DNA of 64,000 nt from Clostridium sp. CAG:710 (GCA_000432595.1 HF996868.1:65241-129240), one strand, 5' to 3'. Counted from the stretch's first letter, positions 40,006-50,758 are shown. The notes: generated by a model from the letters alone, not told the origin. Made by a program: numbers and translations.

Positions 40006-40449
40006 CTACCTGTATTTAGCTTTTGTATCTTTATCTAGTTGTCTTTTTATATCTCTTTCTTTTATACTTTCTCTTTTGTCATAATTCTTTTTACCTTTAC
40101 ATAAGCCAAGTAATACCTTGGCTTTATTGCTTTTAAAATACACTTTTAATGGAATTAATGTATATCCTTGTAAAGTAATCTTATCATTTAGCTTTAGTAT
40201 TTCTTTTTTATGCATTAGTAACTTTCGTGTCCTTGTTTCATTATGATTAAATATATTTCCTTCTTTGTAGTGTGAAATAAACATGTTAAGTAGGAACAAT
40301 TCATTTTTTCTTATAATAGCATAACTATCTTTAATATTAGCTTTTCCATCTCTTATAGATTTTATTTCAGTACCTGTTAATACTATTCCACATTCATATT
40401 CCTCTTCTATAAAATAATCATGTCTTGCTTTTCTGTTTAATATTTCCAT
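40006..40449 (-). CDS. smpB: SsrA-binding protein SmpB
   Basis: NRKARHDYFIEEEYECGIVLTGTEIKSIR... Confidence 0.96.
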   Translation of the reverse strand: MEILNRKARHDYFIEEEYECGIVLTGTEIKSIRDGKANIKDSYAIIRKNELFLLNMFISHYKEGNIFNHNETRTRKLLMHKKEILKLNDKITLQGYTLIPLKVYFKSNKAKVLLGLCKGKKNYDKRESIKERDIKRQLDKDTKAKYR

Positions 40450-40457
40450 ATTGTCAC

Positions 40458-42572
40458 CTATAATCTTTTTACTAATTCAAAATCTATGGTTTTAGCTTCT
40501 TTGGAAGCTGCTTTTACTTTTATTAATACTTCATCGCCTAGGGTAAACTTTTCTTTTGTTCTTTCCCCAATTAATGATTGTGTCACTTCATCAAATGAGA
40601 AGTAATCTTTCATATCATTTACATGTATTAGTCCTTCTACTAAATTATCAAGTTGAATAAACATACCAAAGTTTGTCACTCCTGAGATTATACCTTTATA
40701 TTCTTCTCCAATATGATCTTCCATATATTCAGCCATTTTCATATCTTCTACTTCTCTTTCACATTCGACTGATTCTCTTTCTTTAAATGAAGAATTCTCA
40801 GCAATATAGACTAATTTTTCTTGCCATTTATTTATAGTTTGATTTGACATATCATCATTAAATAAATATGTTCTAAGTAATCTATGTACTGTTGTATCTG
40901 GATATCTTCTTATTGGTGATGTAAAATGAGTGTAACATTTACTTGCTAGTCCATAATGTCCTAAATTTTGTGGTAAATATATTGCCTTTTGCATGTTTCT
41001 TAACAATAGTGACGATAGTACTTTAAATTCTTTTTTATCTTTTAATTGATTAATTAAATTCTGAATTGCCTTTGGACTTATATCTTTTGTGTTAAATTTA
41101 ACTGTATATCCTAGGCTTTGTACAAAGGATATAAAATCTCTTATTTTTTCTTCTTTTGGATATTCATGAACACGATATATGAAAGGTAAATCCATATAGA
41201 ATATATGAGTCGCTACACATTCGTTTGCTTGAATCATAAAATCTTCTATTAAATTTTCTCCTCGTCCTCTGTTCCTTAATACTATATCTGTAGGATGGCA
41301 ATTTTCATCTACTATAATTTTTGCCTCATCTACATCAAAATCTATGTATCCTCTATTAATTTTAGCTTTTCTAATAATTTGAGATAATTCATCCATTAGT
41401 TTTAAATCATTTACAAAAGGTTCATACCCTTCTGGAATTTCATTCTTTTCAATTACTTGGTTTACTTTTTTATAAGTCATTTGAAGTCTTGATTTTATTA
41501 TACTTGGAAATATTTCATAATCAACTGTTTTGCCATTATTATCTATTTCCATAACGCATGAGATTGCTAGTCGCTCTACTCCTGGATTTAATGAACATAT
41601 TCCATTTGATAACTTATGTGGTAGCATTGGTATTACTCTATCAACTAGATATACTGAAGTTCCCCTATCCATTGCTTCTTTATCAAGTGGGCTTCCTTCT
41701 TTTACATAGTATGATACATCTGCAATATGTACACCTAATTTATAATTACCATTTTTTAACTTTTCTACTGATATTGCATCATCTATATCTTTTGTATCAT
41801 CACCATCTATTGTAAATATAGTTACATCAGTTAAATCTTTTCTGCCTTTTTTATCTTGTTCCCTAACCTCTTCTGGGATTGAATCAAGTTCTTCTATTAC
41901 TTCTTCTGGGAATGTATCATTAATCTCATATTTACACACAATAGATAATATATCAACACCAGGATCATTTTTATGACCTATTATTCTTACTACTTCACCT
42001 TTATATCTATTTTTTGTGATGTTTCTTAATATTTTAACTACGACTTTATGTCCATCTACTGCGCCATGGGATTTATCTCTATCTATTTCTAACTGTATAT
42101 CAAGTTTTTTATCATCTGGTATTATATAACCTTTATCTTTTTTAAAATAAATTTCCCCAACTATTGTGGATAAATCTCTTTCAAGTGTCTTAACTATTCG
42201 TCCTTCTCTTTTTTCTCCACTGTTTTTGTTTAAAATTTCAACAATTACAGTATCATTGTTAAGAGCTTTATTTATATTATCAGGTGCAATAAAAATATCT
42301 TCTTCTTCTCCAGATACTTCAACAAAGCCGAATCCTTTTTTATTCATTCGAAGGATTCCCTTTCTTAAATTACTGTTTTCTAAAAGCATATATCTGTTTT
42401 TATTTGATCGATATATTTCATATGAGTCTTCTAATTCTCTTAATGCATCTGAAAACTCCTTTGTTTCTTCAATAGTATTTAAATTTAATGCACTATCAAG
42501 TTCATCTATTGATAAAGCCTTATCTGATTCTTCTAATATACTTAAAATTTTTTCTTTCATATCATTCACCAT
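40458..42572 (-). CDS. rnr: Ribonuclease R
   Basis: It has cold-shock-like N-domains, an RNB core (DDTKDIDDAISVEKL, HFTSPIRRYPD) and a C-terminal S1 domain. The start is possibly MKEKIL at 42560. Confidence 0.93.
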   Translation of the reverse strand: MVNDMKEKILSILEESDKALSIDELDSALNLNTIEETKEFSDALRELEDSYEIYRSNKNRYMLLENSNLRKGILRMNKKGFGFVEVSGEEEDIFIAPDNINKALNNDTVIVEILNKNSGEKREGRIVKTLERDLSTIVGEIYFKKDKGYIIPDDKKLDIQLEIDRDKSHGAVDGHKVVVKILRNITKNRYKGEVVRIIGHKNDPGVDILSIVCKYEINDTFPEEVIEELDSIPEEVREQDKKGRKDLTDVTIFTIDGDDTKDIDDAISVEKLKNGNYKLGVHIADVSYYVKEGSPLDKEAMDRGTSVYLVDRVIPMLPHKLSNGICSLNPGVERLAISCVMEIDNNGKTVDYEIFPSIIKSRLQMTYKKVNQVIEKNEIPEGYEPFVNDLKLMDELSQIIRKAKINRGYIDFDVDEAKIIVDENCHPTDIVLRNRGRGENLIEDFMIQANECVATHIFYMDLPFIYRVHEYPKEEKIRDFISFVQSLGYTVKFNTKDISPKAIQNLINQLKDKKEFKVLSSLLLRNMQKAIYLPQNLGHYGLASKCYTHFTSPIRRYPDTTVHRLLRTYLFNDDMSNQTINKWQEKLVYIAENSSFKERESVECEREVEDMKMAEYMEDHIGEEYKGIISGVTNFGMFIQLDNLVEGLIHVNDMKDYFSFDEVTQSLIGERTKEKFTLGDEVLIKVKAASKEAKTIDFELVKRL

Positions 42573-42585
42573 TATAATTATACAA

Positions 42586-42612
42586 TAAAAAAAAGACTTT
42601 TTATAGTCTTTT
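42586..42612 (-). terminator. Rho-independent terminator after secG
   Basis: The minus strand reads AAAAGACT-ATAAAA-AGTCTTTT followed by TTTTATTG. Confidence 0.7.
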
Positions 42613-42826
42613 AGATAAATTCAGCTATTAAACTAACTAAAAAGAATATCATTCCAAGTACAAGTGTAATTCTACTTACTAGTAATTCTACTCCACGTTC
42701 TTTCCTTTTACTAAATAAATCGGCATTTCCTCCAGAAATAATTTGTGAGGCGCTTTCTGCTTTATTACTTTGAAGTAGAACTATTATTATAAGTAATAAT
42801 GAAATTATTAATAAAAATGTTTTCAT
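42611..42826 (-). CDS. secG: Preprotein translocase subunit SecG
   Basis: 71 aa, two TM helices, LLLIIIVLLQS.K; located upstream of rnr as in Bacillus. Confidence 0.85.
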   Translation of the reverse strand: MKTFLLIISLLLIIIVLLQSNKAESASQIISGGNADLFSKRKERGVELLVSRITLVLGMIFFLVSLIAEFI

Positions 42827-42973
42827 ACTGATTCCTCCGTATCACTACCAATTAATTTACCATATATTGTCATGAAAATCAAGATAATTGTACAAACATA
42901 TTTCTAACAAATTTGTTTAAAATATAAAAAGAATGTGTTATAATTTGTTTGTATAATAAAAAAGGAGGTCCAT

Positions 42974-44236
42974 ATGAAAATAGTAAACTTGAAATACAAT
43001 GAATTTGAACAATTTGTTAGAAACCATCCTCTTAGAAATTACTATCAGTCTGTTGCATATGGAACGTTAATGAGTAATTTTGGATTTAAACCTCTATATA
43101 TTGGATTTGTTCATGAAGGCAAGCTTGTTGGTGCCTCATTAATACTACATGTTCCTATATTTATGGGATTTAAATATGGTTATGCTCCTCATGGAATATT
43201 ACTTAACTATAATGATTATCAATTAATACCGGATGCAGTAAAAAAGCTTAAGAGTTATTTATTTAGACAAAGTTTTCTTATATTAAAAATAGATCCTTTA
43301 ATTATTAAAAGTACTAGAAATAAGGATGGAAATATTCTAACACAAAATGGTGAGTTAGATAAAATAATGAGTACTTTATTAAAAACAGGTTTTACTCATT
43401 GTGGATTTAATAATTATTTAGAAGCTGTAAAACCTAGATGGCATGCGATACTTGATATGGAAGGCAAACCCACTACTGAATTGTTTTATAATCTTGAAAA
43501 ACAAACCAGAAATAAATTAAGAAAAGCTGTTAAATTTGGGGTTGAGATATATAAGGATAGTACTTGTAATATACCTCAAATGTATGAATTTATAAAAACT
43601 AAAGGAAATTATTCCCTAAAATATTATGAAGAATTTAAAAATAAATTTCAGGATTCTTTTGAAATCTATTTAGCTAAACTTAACACTGAGGTTTATGTAG
43701 CAAATAGTAAACACCTTTATGAAAAAGAACAGGAAATGAATGATTACTTAAACAGTCTTATTCAAGATGAAGGATATAAGGGAAAAGATATGCGTACTGT
43801 CTTAAATAAAAAGATGGAATCGGATAGAATTCTAGCATCCTATAAAAAACACCTAGTTAAATCAACACAACTTTTAAGAGATTATCCAGAAGGAATAATA
43901 CTTGGTGGTGCAATAATAGTTAGATATGGTAATCAAATCAATTTGCTTATAGATGGTTATAAAGAGGAGTTTGGTAATTTGTCACCTTCTTATCTTACTA
44001 GATGGAAAGTAATTGAAAATTATTGTGGAAAGGGAATTGCCTCATTTGATTTAAATGCTATTTCTGGCGATTTTACTAATAATAATAGATATCGTGGATT
44101 AAATGAATCAAAACTTGGATATAATGCCGAAGCAGTTGAATATATTGGTGAATTTAATTTGATTGTTAACAAGCCGATGTATGCATTATATAGAAACACC
44201 AAAGATAAATATAATATAAAAGACCAAAAAAAATAA
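42974..44236 (+). CDS. FemAB-family peptidoglycan interpeptide-bridge aminoacyltransferase
   Basis: 420 aa. The N-terminus F..F....P...YYQS..YG and twin GNAT-like halves separated by a coiled-coil insert (LYEKEQEMNDYLNSL) follow the FemX/FemA/MurM layout. Confidence 0.8.
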   Translation: MKIVNLKYNEFEQFVRNHPLRNYYQSVAYGTLMSNFGFKPLYIGFVHEGKLVGASLILHVPIFMGFKYGYAPHGILLNYNDYQLIPDAVKKLKSYLFRQSFLILKIDPLIIKSTRNKDGNILTQNGELDKIMSTLLKTGFTHCGFNNYLEAVKPRWHAILDMEGKPTTELFYNLEKQTRNKLRKAVKFGVEIYKDSTCNIPQMYEFIKTKGNYSLKYYEEFKNKFQDSFEIYLAKLNTEVYVANSKHLYEKEQEMNDYLNSLIQDEGYKGKDMRTVLNKKMESDRILASYKKHLVKSTQLLRDYPEGIILGGAIIVRYGNQINLLIDGYKEEFGNLSPSYLTRWKVIENYCGKGIASFDLNAISGDFTNNNRYRGLNESKLGYNAEAVEYIGEFNLIVNKPMYALYRNTKDKYNIKDQKK

Positions 44237-44262
44237 GATTAAGCTAATCTTATTTTTATTTT
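44234..44262 (+). terminator. Rho-independent terminator after the FemAB-family gene
   Basis: TAAGATTA-AGC-TAATCTTA followed by TTTTTATTTTT. Confidence 0.7.
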
Positions 44263-45680
44263 TGATTTATTGCATTAATTAGAGCTTTTTCCATGAAGGC
44301 TTTTAAATCTTCTGGATATTCAGTCCCAAAGTCATGTAATTTATTAGGCTCTCTTGTTATATATGTTCTAAAGTAATATACATATGCATCTGCAAAGAAT
44401 TCATATATATTAGTTCGAGCATAGTCTGTTAAAATATTATTATTTGTACGATATTTATTATATATTGTTACAAAGTTTGCATTATTTGAATAATAGTTTG
44501 CAAATTTGTAAGAATCAAATGCATGTGCTAATTCATGAGATACAACGTTTTCTTGATATTGTGTACATAATATTTCTGTAGAAGTAAAGTACAATGCTCC
44601 AGATGTAACTCCTGCATATATTGTTCCCCAATTTCTTTTCATTGAATTATCAGTTATGAAATATATAACTGGTACCTTAACAAAATAACTTGGATTTTGT
44701 TTTAATTCAGCTATATATTTGTTAACAGCAGATTCATTGCAACCTTTTTCAACCTTTATAGTAGCTTTATTTATCTTTCCTAAATTTTTTACTGGATTTA
44801 TTGCATAAGTACTTGATGTATACTCATTATTTGATGAATTATTATTATTACCATTATTAATATTATTATTTCCACTATTTGATGATAATTCAACATATTT
44901 ATATACCTTTGTTGTTTTTGAATCAACTAGTGTTTTACAAGTACTATCACTATACAATTTTATTTTTGAATATCTATAAGTATTGTTTTTGTCTACTGTA
45001 AGCCCAAAATATTTTCCTTTACCATCATTATCAATTGGACTACACTCTTGTGTATATCCGGATTGCGTTTTATTGTAGTTAGTAAATGTATAATACATTC
45101 TTTCATTGCCAGTTTGTTTAAAATTTATTTCTACTACTGTCTTATTTTTATATAGTGTCTCTGAAGGTTCAGTTAACTTTAGTGATGCTTTTTTATTATT
45201 ACTGCTACTATTTCTATTGCCATTATTATTGTTATTGTTTGTTTTAACTTTGTATTTTTTACTATCATATTTTTTAATACTATTGCTGCAAGTATTATCA
45301 TTATAAATAGTTATTCTTGCGTAGATAGGTTCTTTTGTTGGATTAAATGAAAAATTTACTACCTTTGATGTATTTACTTCATTACAATTTCCACTGTAAA
45401 TTCTTTTTCCATTTGAGTAAAACATCTCTGGTTTATAATAATATGTATCCTCTCCAAAATATACAAATATTGAACTTACTTTTATTTTAGTACCTTTATT
45501 AGCTGTTGTGCTTGCTATATTATCCACAAAAATAACAGACGGTGAATATGTATTCGCACTCAACTTATTATTAATGCTTGTTGTAATAGTTGAAGTATTA
45601 TTTTTCAACAAGCAAATAATCATTAAACATATAATTAGTAATACATTACTAGCTATTAGTATTGTTTTTTTCTTATTCAT
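44256..45680 (-). CDS. Membrane-anchored zinc metalloprotease, anthrax-lethal-factor-like (M34 / Pro-Pro-endopeptidase-like) C-terminal domain; paralog A
   Basis: 474 aa: an N-terminal TM, two beta-rich modules separated by Asn-rich linkers, and a C-terminal HELAHAFD (HExxH) followed by YEFFADAYVYYF. Compare HExxHxxD ... EFFAExF in the lethal factor / PPEP family. Confidence 0.65.
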   Translation of the reverse strand: MNKKKTILIASNVLLIICLMIICLLKNNTSTITTSINNKLSANTYSPSVIFVDNIASTTANKGTKIKVSSIFVYFGEDTYYYKPEMFYSNGKRIYSGNCNEVNTSKVVNFSFNPTKEPIYARITIYNDNTCSNSIKKYDSKKYKVKTNNNNNNGNRNSSSNNKKASLKLTEPSETLYKNKTVVEINFKQTGNERMYYTFTNYNKTQSGYTQECSPIDNDGKGKYFGLTVDKNNTYRYSKIKLYSDSTCKTLVDSKTTKVYKYVELSSNSGNNNINNGNNNNSSNNEYTSSTYAINPVKNLGKINKATIKVEKGCNESAVNKYIAELKQNPSYFVKVPVIYFITDNSMKRNWGTIYAGVTSGALYFTSTEILCTQYQENVVSHELAHAFDSYKFANYYSNNANFVTIYNKYRTNNNILTDYARTNIYEFFADAYVYYFRTYITREPNKLHDFGTEYPEDLKAFMEKALINAINQK

Positions 45681-45749
45681 ATTATATTTTCCCCCTTTGT
45701 TTTGCCACTTATTATATATATTTATTTTATTTTGTCAAGTTTAATGATT

Positions 45750-45777
45750 AAAAAAGACACGTCAATTAAGACGTGCC
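45750..45777 (-). terminator. Rho-independent terminator between the two protease paralogs
   Basis: The minus strand reads GGCACGTC-TTAATT-GACGTGTC followed by TTTTTT. Confidence 0.75.
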
Positions 45778-45784
45778 ACTGTTT

Positions 45785-47275
45785 TTATATTGCTTTACCT
45801 AATGCTTTTTCCATGAAGGTCTTTAAGTCTGTAGGATATGTTTTTCCAAATCCATATAATTTATTCGATTCCCTTGTCATGTATGTTCTTAAATAGTATA
45901 CATAAGCTTCTGCGAAGAATTCGCTTATATTACCTCGACCATAACTTGTTAATACACTATTATTTTTACGATATTTATTATATAGCGTTACAAAGTTTGA
46001 ATTATTAGAGTAGTAATTTGCAAATTTGTAAGAGTCAAATGCATGCGCTAATTCGTGTGACATAACATTTTCTTGATATTCATTACATCTTATTTGTGTT
46101 GAACTGAAAGCCATAGCGCCCGATGTAACTCCTGCATATATTGTTCCCCAATTTCTTTTCATTGAATTATCACTTATAAGATATATAACCGGTACTTTTA
46201 CAAAGTAACTTGGGTTTTGTTTTAATTCGGCTATATATTTATTAACTACAGACTGGTTACAACCTTTTTCAACCTTTATAGTGGTATTGTTTATTTTTCC
46301 TAAACTTTTAACCGGATTTATTGCATAAGTACTTGATGTATACTCATTATTTGATGAGTTATTATTATTACTGTTATTATTATTACTATTATTATTTCCA
46401 CTATTTGATGATGATTCAACATATTTATATATCTTTGTTGTTTTTGAATCAACTAGTGTTTTACATGTGCTATCACTATACAATTTAATTGCTGAATATC
46501 TATAAGTATTATTTTTATCTACTGCAAGCCCAAAATATTTTCCTTTACCATCGTTATCGATTGGACTACACTCTTGTGTATACCCTGATTCTGCTTTATT
46601 ATAATTAGTAAATGTATAATACATTCTTTCCTTTCCATTATGTTTAAAATTTATTTCTACTACCGTTTTATTTGTATATACTGTCTTTGAAGGTTGAGTT
46701 AACTTTAGTGATGCTTTTTTATTATTACTACTATTATTGTTTTTATTGGTATTATTGTTGTTGCTATTATTATTGCTACTATTATTTCCATTATCTGATG
46801 ATTTTAATTTGTATTCCCTACTATCATATTTTCTAATACTTTCTTTACATGCACTATCTTTATATGTGGTTATTCTTGCATAGATAGGTTCTTTTGTTGG
46901 ACTAAACGAAAAATTTACTACTTTTGATGTATCCACTTCGTTACAGGCACTATTATATATAGCTCTTCCATTTGAATAATACATTTCTGCTTTGTAATAA
47001 AACTTTTTATTTCCAAAATATGCAAATATTCCACCTACCTTTACCTTTGTTCCTTTTTCTACTGTAGTTCCCATTACGTTATCTAAATATACTACTGTTG
47101 GTGTTACTAATGCATTTTTATCATCAGACTTTACAGTTTCTTTTTTATTATTATAATTAACGTAGATTGTTGCGAATACTAAAACCACTAATGTTATTAC
47201 CATACCAACTATTTCTAGCATATTATATTTATTGATGTTTTTTTCTTCTTTCGGGTTCTTTATTTCCTTTTTCAT
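45785..47275 (-). CDS. Membrane-anchored zinc metalloprotease, M34 / PPEP-like; paralog B
   Basis: It has the same architecture as paralog A, with HELAHAFD and SEFFAEAYVYYL. The preferred start MKKEIKN at 47275 lies 9 nt after AGGAG. The ORF-track start is 47284. Confidence 0.65.
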   Translation of the reverse strand: MKKEIKNPKEEKNINKYNMLEIVGMVITLVVLVFATIYVNYNNKKETVKSDDKNALVTPTVVYLDNVMGTTVEKGTKVKVGGIFAYFGNKKFYYKAEMYYSNGRAIYNSACNEVDTSKVVNFSFSPTKEPIYARITTYKDSACKESIRKYDSREYKLKSSDNGNNSSNNNSNNNNTNKNNNSSNNKKASLKLTQPSKTVYTNKTVVEINFKHNGKERMYYTFTNYNKAESGYTQECSPIDNDGKGKYFGLAVDKNNTYRYSAIKLYSDSTCKTLVDSKTTKIYKYVESSSNSGNNNSNNNNSNNNNSSNNEYTSSTYAINPVKSLGKINNTTIKVEKGCNQSVVNKYIAELKQNPSYFVKVPVIYLISDNSMKRNWGTIYAGVTSGAMAFSSTQIRCNEYQENVMSHELAHAFDSYKFANYYSNNSNFVTLYNKYRKNNSVLTSYGRGNISEFFAEAYVYYLRTYMTRESNKLYGFGKTYPTDLKTFMEKALGKAI

Positions 47276-47344
47276 AACTAGCATCTCCTATTCTATACAT
47301 AATTATAGTTGGTTATTATTGTTTAGTCAAGAATTATACTTTCA

Positions 47345-47383
47345 AAACAAAAACAAAAAAGTACATTCTTTCGAATGTACTTT
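47345..47383 (-). terminator. Rho-independent terminator after tuf
   Basis: The minus strand reads AAAGTACATTC-GAAA-GAATGTACTTT followed by TTTTGTTTTTGTTTT. Confidence 0.85.
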
Positions 47384-47397
47384 GATAATCATTTAAA

Positions 47398-48582
47398 TTA
47401 GTCAATGATTTCAGAAACGTTACCAGCACCAACTGTACGTCCACCTTCACGGATTGAGAACTTAGTTCCGTTTTCAATTGCGATTGGGTGAATTAAGTCA
47501 ACAGTGATTTCTACGTTATCTCCAGGCATAACCATATCTACTCCAGCAGGTAATTCAATAACACCTGTTACATCAGTAGTTCTGAAATAGAATTGTGGTC
47601 TGTAGTTAGCGAAGAATGGAGTATGACGTCCGCCTTCTTCTTTAGATAATACGTATACTTGTGCTTTAAATTTATGATGTGGTGTAACACTTCCTGGTTT
47701 AGCTAATACTTGTCCTCTTTCAACTTCTTCACGAGAAATACCACGTAATAATACACCAGCATTGTCTCCTGCTTCAGCAAAGTCAAGTTGTTTTCTAAAC
47801 ATTTCAATTCCTGTTACAACTGTTGATTTAGTAGGTTTGATACCAACGATTTCAACTGTATCGTTAAGATTTAACTTACCACGTTCAACACGTCCAGTAA
47901 CAACAGTTCCACGTCCAGTGATTGTGAATACATCTTCAATACTCATTAAGAATGGTTTGTCATTATCACGTTCTGGAGTTGGAATCCATTCATCAACTGC
48001 ATCCATAAGTTCATAGATTTTAGCTTTTGCTTCTGGATCTCCTTCAAGTGCTTTTAAAGCTGAACCACGGATAATTGGAGTATTGTCTCCATCAAATCCA
48101 TATTCATTTAATAAGTCACGGATTTCCATTTCTACTAAGTCTAGTAATTCTGGATCATCTACTTGGTCACATTTATTCATGAATACTACCATTCTAGGTA
48201 CACCAACTTGGCGAGCTAGTAGGATATGTTCACGAGTTTGTGCCATAGGTCCATCAGTAGCAGCAATAACTAGAATTGCACCATCCATTTGAGCTGCACC
48301 TGTAATCATGTTTTTTACATAGTCAGCATGTCCTGGACAGTCAACGTGAGCATAGTGACGTTTGTCAGTTTCATACTCAACGTGTGCTGTATTAATTGTG
48401 ATACCACGTTCTCTTTCTTCTGGCGCTTTATCGATATTTGAATAATCAGTAAATTCAGCCATACCTCTTTCTGCTAAACATTTAGTAATTGCAGCAGTTA
48501 AAGTAGTTTTACCATGGTCTACGTGTCCAATTGTACCAATGTTAACATGTGGTTTTGAACGATCAAATTTTTGTTTTGCCAT
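47398..48582 (-). CDS. tuf: Elongation factor Tu
   Basis: [33 protein letters not shown]... Confidence 0.99.
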   Translation of the reverse strand: MAKQKFDRSKPHVNIGTIGHVDHGKTTLTAAITKCLAERGMAEFTDYSNIDKAPEERERGITINTAHVEYETDKRHYAHVDCPGHADYVKNMITGAAQMDGAILVIAATDGPMAQTREHILLARQVGVPRMVVFMNKCDQVDDPELLDLVEMEIRDLLNEYGFDGDNTPIIRGSALKALEGDPEAKAKIYELMDAVDEWIPTPERDNDKPFLMSIEDVFTITGRGTVVTGRVERGKLNLNDTVEIVGIKPTKSTVVTGIEMFRKQLDFAEAGDNAGVLLRGISREEVERGQVLAKPGSVTPHHKFKAQVYVLSKEEGGRHTPFFANYRPQFYFRTTDVTGVIELPAGVDMVMPGDNVEITVDLIHPIAIENGTKFSIREGGRTVGAGNVSEIID

Positions 48583-48615
48583 TTTTTATTTCCTCCTTTT
48601 TTTAATTACTATTTT

Positions 48616-48644
48616 ATTTTAACTAATAATTGATAAATTATCAA
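48616..48644 (-). promoter_or_regulatory. Putative internal promoter for tuf
   Basis: The minus strand reads TTGATA (48644-48639), a 17-nt spacer, then TAAAAT (48621-48616). The -35 element is embedded in the palindrome TTGATAAATTATCAA. Confidence 0.45.
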
Positions 48645-48688
48645 CTATTTTTTATATAATATCAGAAGTAATTTTTCTGCTATTACCA

Positions 48689-50758
48689 TTAATTACCGCT
48701 TTTTTTAATTATTTCTTCAGCGATGTTTTTAGGAACTTCTTCATAATGATCAAATTGCATAATGAAGTTTCCTCTTCCTTGACTGTTACTTCTTAATGAA
48801 GTAGCATATCCGAACATTTCAGCAAGTGGAACCATTGCACTTAATTTAATTGCATTTCCAACATTTTCTTGTCCTAAAGGTTTTCCACGTCTACTAGTTA
48901 AGTCTCCCATAACATTTCCAAAATATTCATCTGGTACTGTTACATCAACTTTCATTATTGGTTCTAGTAATACTGGTTTACATTTATTTTTAGCTTCTTT
49001 TAATGCCATTGAAGCAGCAATTTTGAATGCCATTTCACTTGAGTCAACATCATGGTATGAACCATCAAATAATGTTGCCTTTACATCTATCATTGGATAT
49101 CCAGCAAGAACTCCTCCTGCCATTGCTTCTTGTAATCCTTTATCTGTTACTGGTATATATTCACGAGGAACTACACCACCAACGATAGCATCAACGAATT
49201 CATATCCCTTATCAGGATTTGGTTCGAATTTAATCCATACGTGTCCATATTGTCCACGTCCACCTGATTGTTTAATATATTTACCTTCACAATCAGCAGC
49301 TTGACGGATTGTTTCACGATAAGCAACTTGTGGCTTACCTACGTTACATTCAACTGAGAATTCTCTTCTCATTCTGTCTACTAATACATCAAGGTGAAGT
49401 TCTCCCATACCTGAGATAACTGTTTGACCTGTTTCATGATCAGTATGAACTCTGAATGTTGGATCTTCTTCAGCAAGTTTTTGTAATGCTATTCCCATTT
49501 TATCTTGATCAGCTTTTGATTTTGGCTCAACAGCTAATTGGATAACTGGTTCTGGAAATTCCATTGATTCAAGAATAACTTGCTTCTTTTCATCACATAA
49601 AGTATCTCCAGTTGTTGTATTTTTTAAACCAACTGCAGCAGCGATATCTCCTGTGTATACATCAGATATTTCTGTACGATGGTTAGCATGCATCAATAAT
49701 ATACGACCAATTCTTTCTTTAGTTCCCTTAGTTGAGTTCATAATGTATGAACCACTAGATAAGTGTCCTGAGTAAACTCTAAAGAATGTTAAACGTCCAA
49801 CGAATGGATCTGTCATAACTTTAAATGCTAATGCACTAAATGGTTCGTCATCAGATGGATGTCTTAATACTTCATTTCCATCTTTGTCGATTCCCTTTAT
49901 TGAAGCTATATCAAGTGGTGATGGTAAGTAATCTATAACTGCATCAAGTAATAACTTAATACCTTTATTTCCTAATGCTGTACCACACATTACTGGGAAG
50001 AATTCTACTGCTAGAGTTCCTTTCCTTATTGCTTTTTTGATTAATTCAACTGGAATTTCTTCACCTTCAAGGTATTTTTCCATTAATTCATCATCAAATT
50101 CAGCAACAGCTTCAATTAAGTCTGCATGTTTTTCTTCAGCTATAGCTTTTAAATCTTCTGGAATTTCAATTTCAGTTGCTTCTTCTTCTGGTTTACCATC
50201 ATAATGGTAAGCTTTCATAGTAACTAAATCTATAACTCCATTAAATTCACTTTCTGCACCTATTGGCCATTCAATAGGTTTTGCATTAACTCCTAGTCTA
50301 GAATCGATTGTTCCTAAACTGTAAACGAAGTCAGCACCCATTTTATCCATTTTATTTGCAAAGATAATTCTTGGTACTTTAAATTCAGTAGCTTGTCTCC
50401 AAACTGTTTCAGTTTGTGGCTCAACTCCTGCTTGAGCATCAATAAGTGCTACTGCACCATCTAATACTCTTAAACTACGACTAACTTCAACTGTGAAGTC
50501 TACATGCCCTGGAGTATCGATTATATTGAAACGATACTTTTTCCAATAAGCAGTTGTTGCAGCAGAAGTAATAGTAATACCACGTTCTTGTTCTTGTTCC
50601 ATCCAGTCCATTTGTGATTCACCATCATGTGTTTCACCAATTTTATGGATTTTCTTAGTATGGAATAATACACGTTCTGTACAAGTAGTTTTACCTGCAT
50701 CGATATGTGCCATTATTCCTATGTTTCTTGTCATTAATAATGATGTTTCGCGTGCCAT
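48689..50758 (-). CDS. fusA: Elongation factor G
   Basis: [22 protein letters not shown]...; 689 aa. Confidence 0.99.
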   Translation of the reverse strand: MARETSLLMTRNIGIMAHIDAGKTTCTERVLFHTKKIHKIGETHDGESQMDWMEQEQERGITITSAATTAYWKKYRFNIIDTPGHVDFTVEVSRSLRVLDGAVALIDAQAGVEPQTETVWRQATEFKVPRIIFANKMDKMGADFVYSLGTIDSRLGVNAKPIEWPIGAESEFNGVIDLVTMKAYHYDGKPEEEATEIEIPEDLKAIAEEKHADLIEAVAEFDDELMEKYLEGEEIPVELIKKAIRKGTLAVEFFPVMCGTALGNKGIKLLLDAVIDYLPSPLDIASIKGIDKDGNEVLRHPSDDEPFSALAFKVMTDPFVGRLTFFRVYSGHLSSGSYIMNSTKGTKERIGRILLMHANHRTEISDVYTGDIAAAVGLKNTTTGDTLCDEKKQVILESMEFPEPVIQLAVEPKSKADQDKMGIALQKLAEEDPTFRVHTDHETGQTVISGMGELHLDVLVDRMRREFSVECNVGKPQVAYRETIRQAADCEGKYIKQSGGRGQYGHVWIKFEPNPDKGYEFVDAIVGGVVPREYIPVTDKGLQEAMAGGVLAGYPMIDVKATLFDGSYHDVDSSEMAFKIAASMALKEAKNKCKPVLLEPIMKVDVTVPDEYFGNVMGDLTSRRGKPLGQENVGNAIKLSAMVPLAEMFGYATSLRSNSQGRGNFIMQFDHYEEVPKNIAEEIIKKSGN

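Noticed and set aside
42166-42588. 140-aa plus-strand ORF inside rnr
   Set aside because: It is antisense to the conserved RNase R N-terminus. The same reasoning applies to 11269-11700 in helD, 14729-15064 in rpoA, and the many 60-100-aa antisense ORFs in the track.
44830-44890. AAT/ATT-rich short tandem repeats (also at ~45190-45250, ~46330-46400, ~46720-46800 and ~31050-31140), considered as CRISPR-like or satellite repeats
   Set aside because: They are in-frame poly-Asn/Ser linkers inside long ORFs. They have no spacer-repeat periodicity and no flanking cas genes.
44256-47284. The duplicated gene pair considered as a mobile element or IS
   Set aside because: There is no transposase, integrase, inverted terminal repeats or target duplication. 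This is a plain tandem gene duplication with a terminator between the copies.
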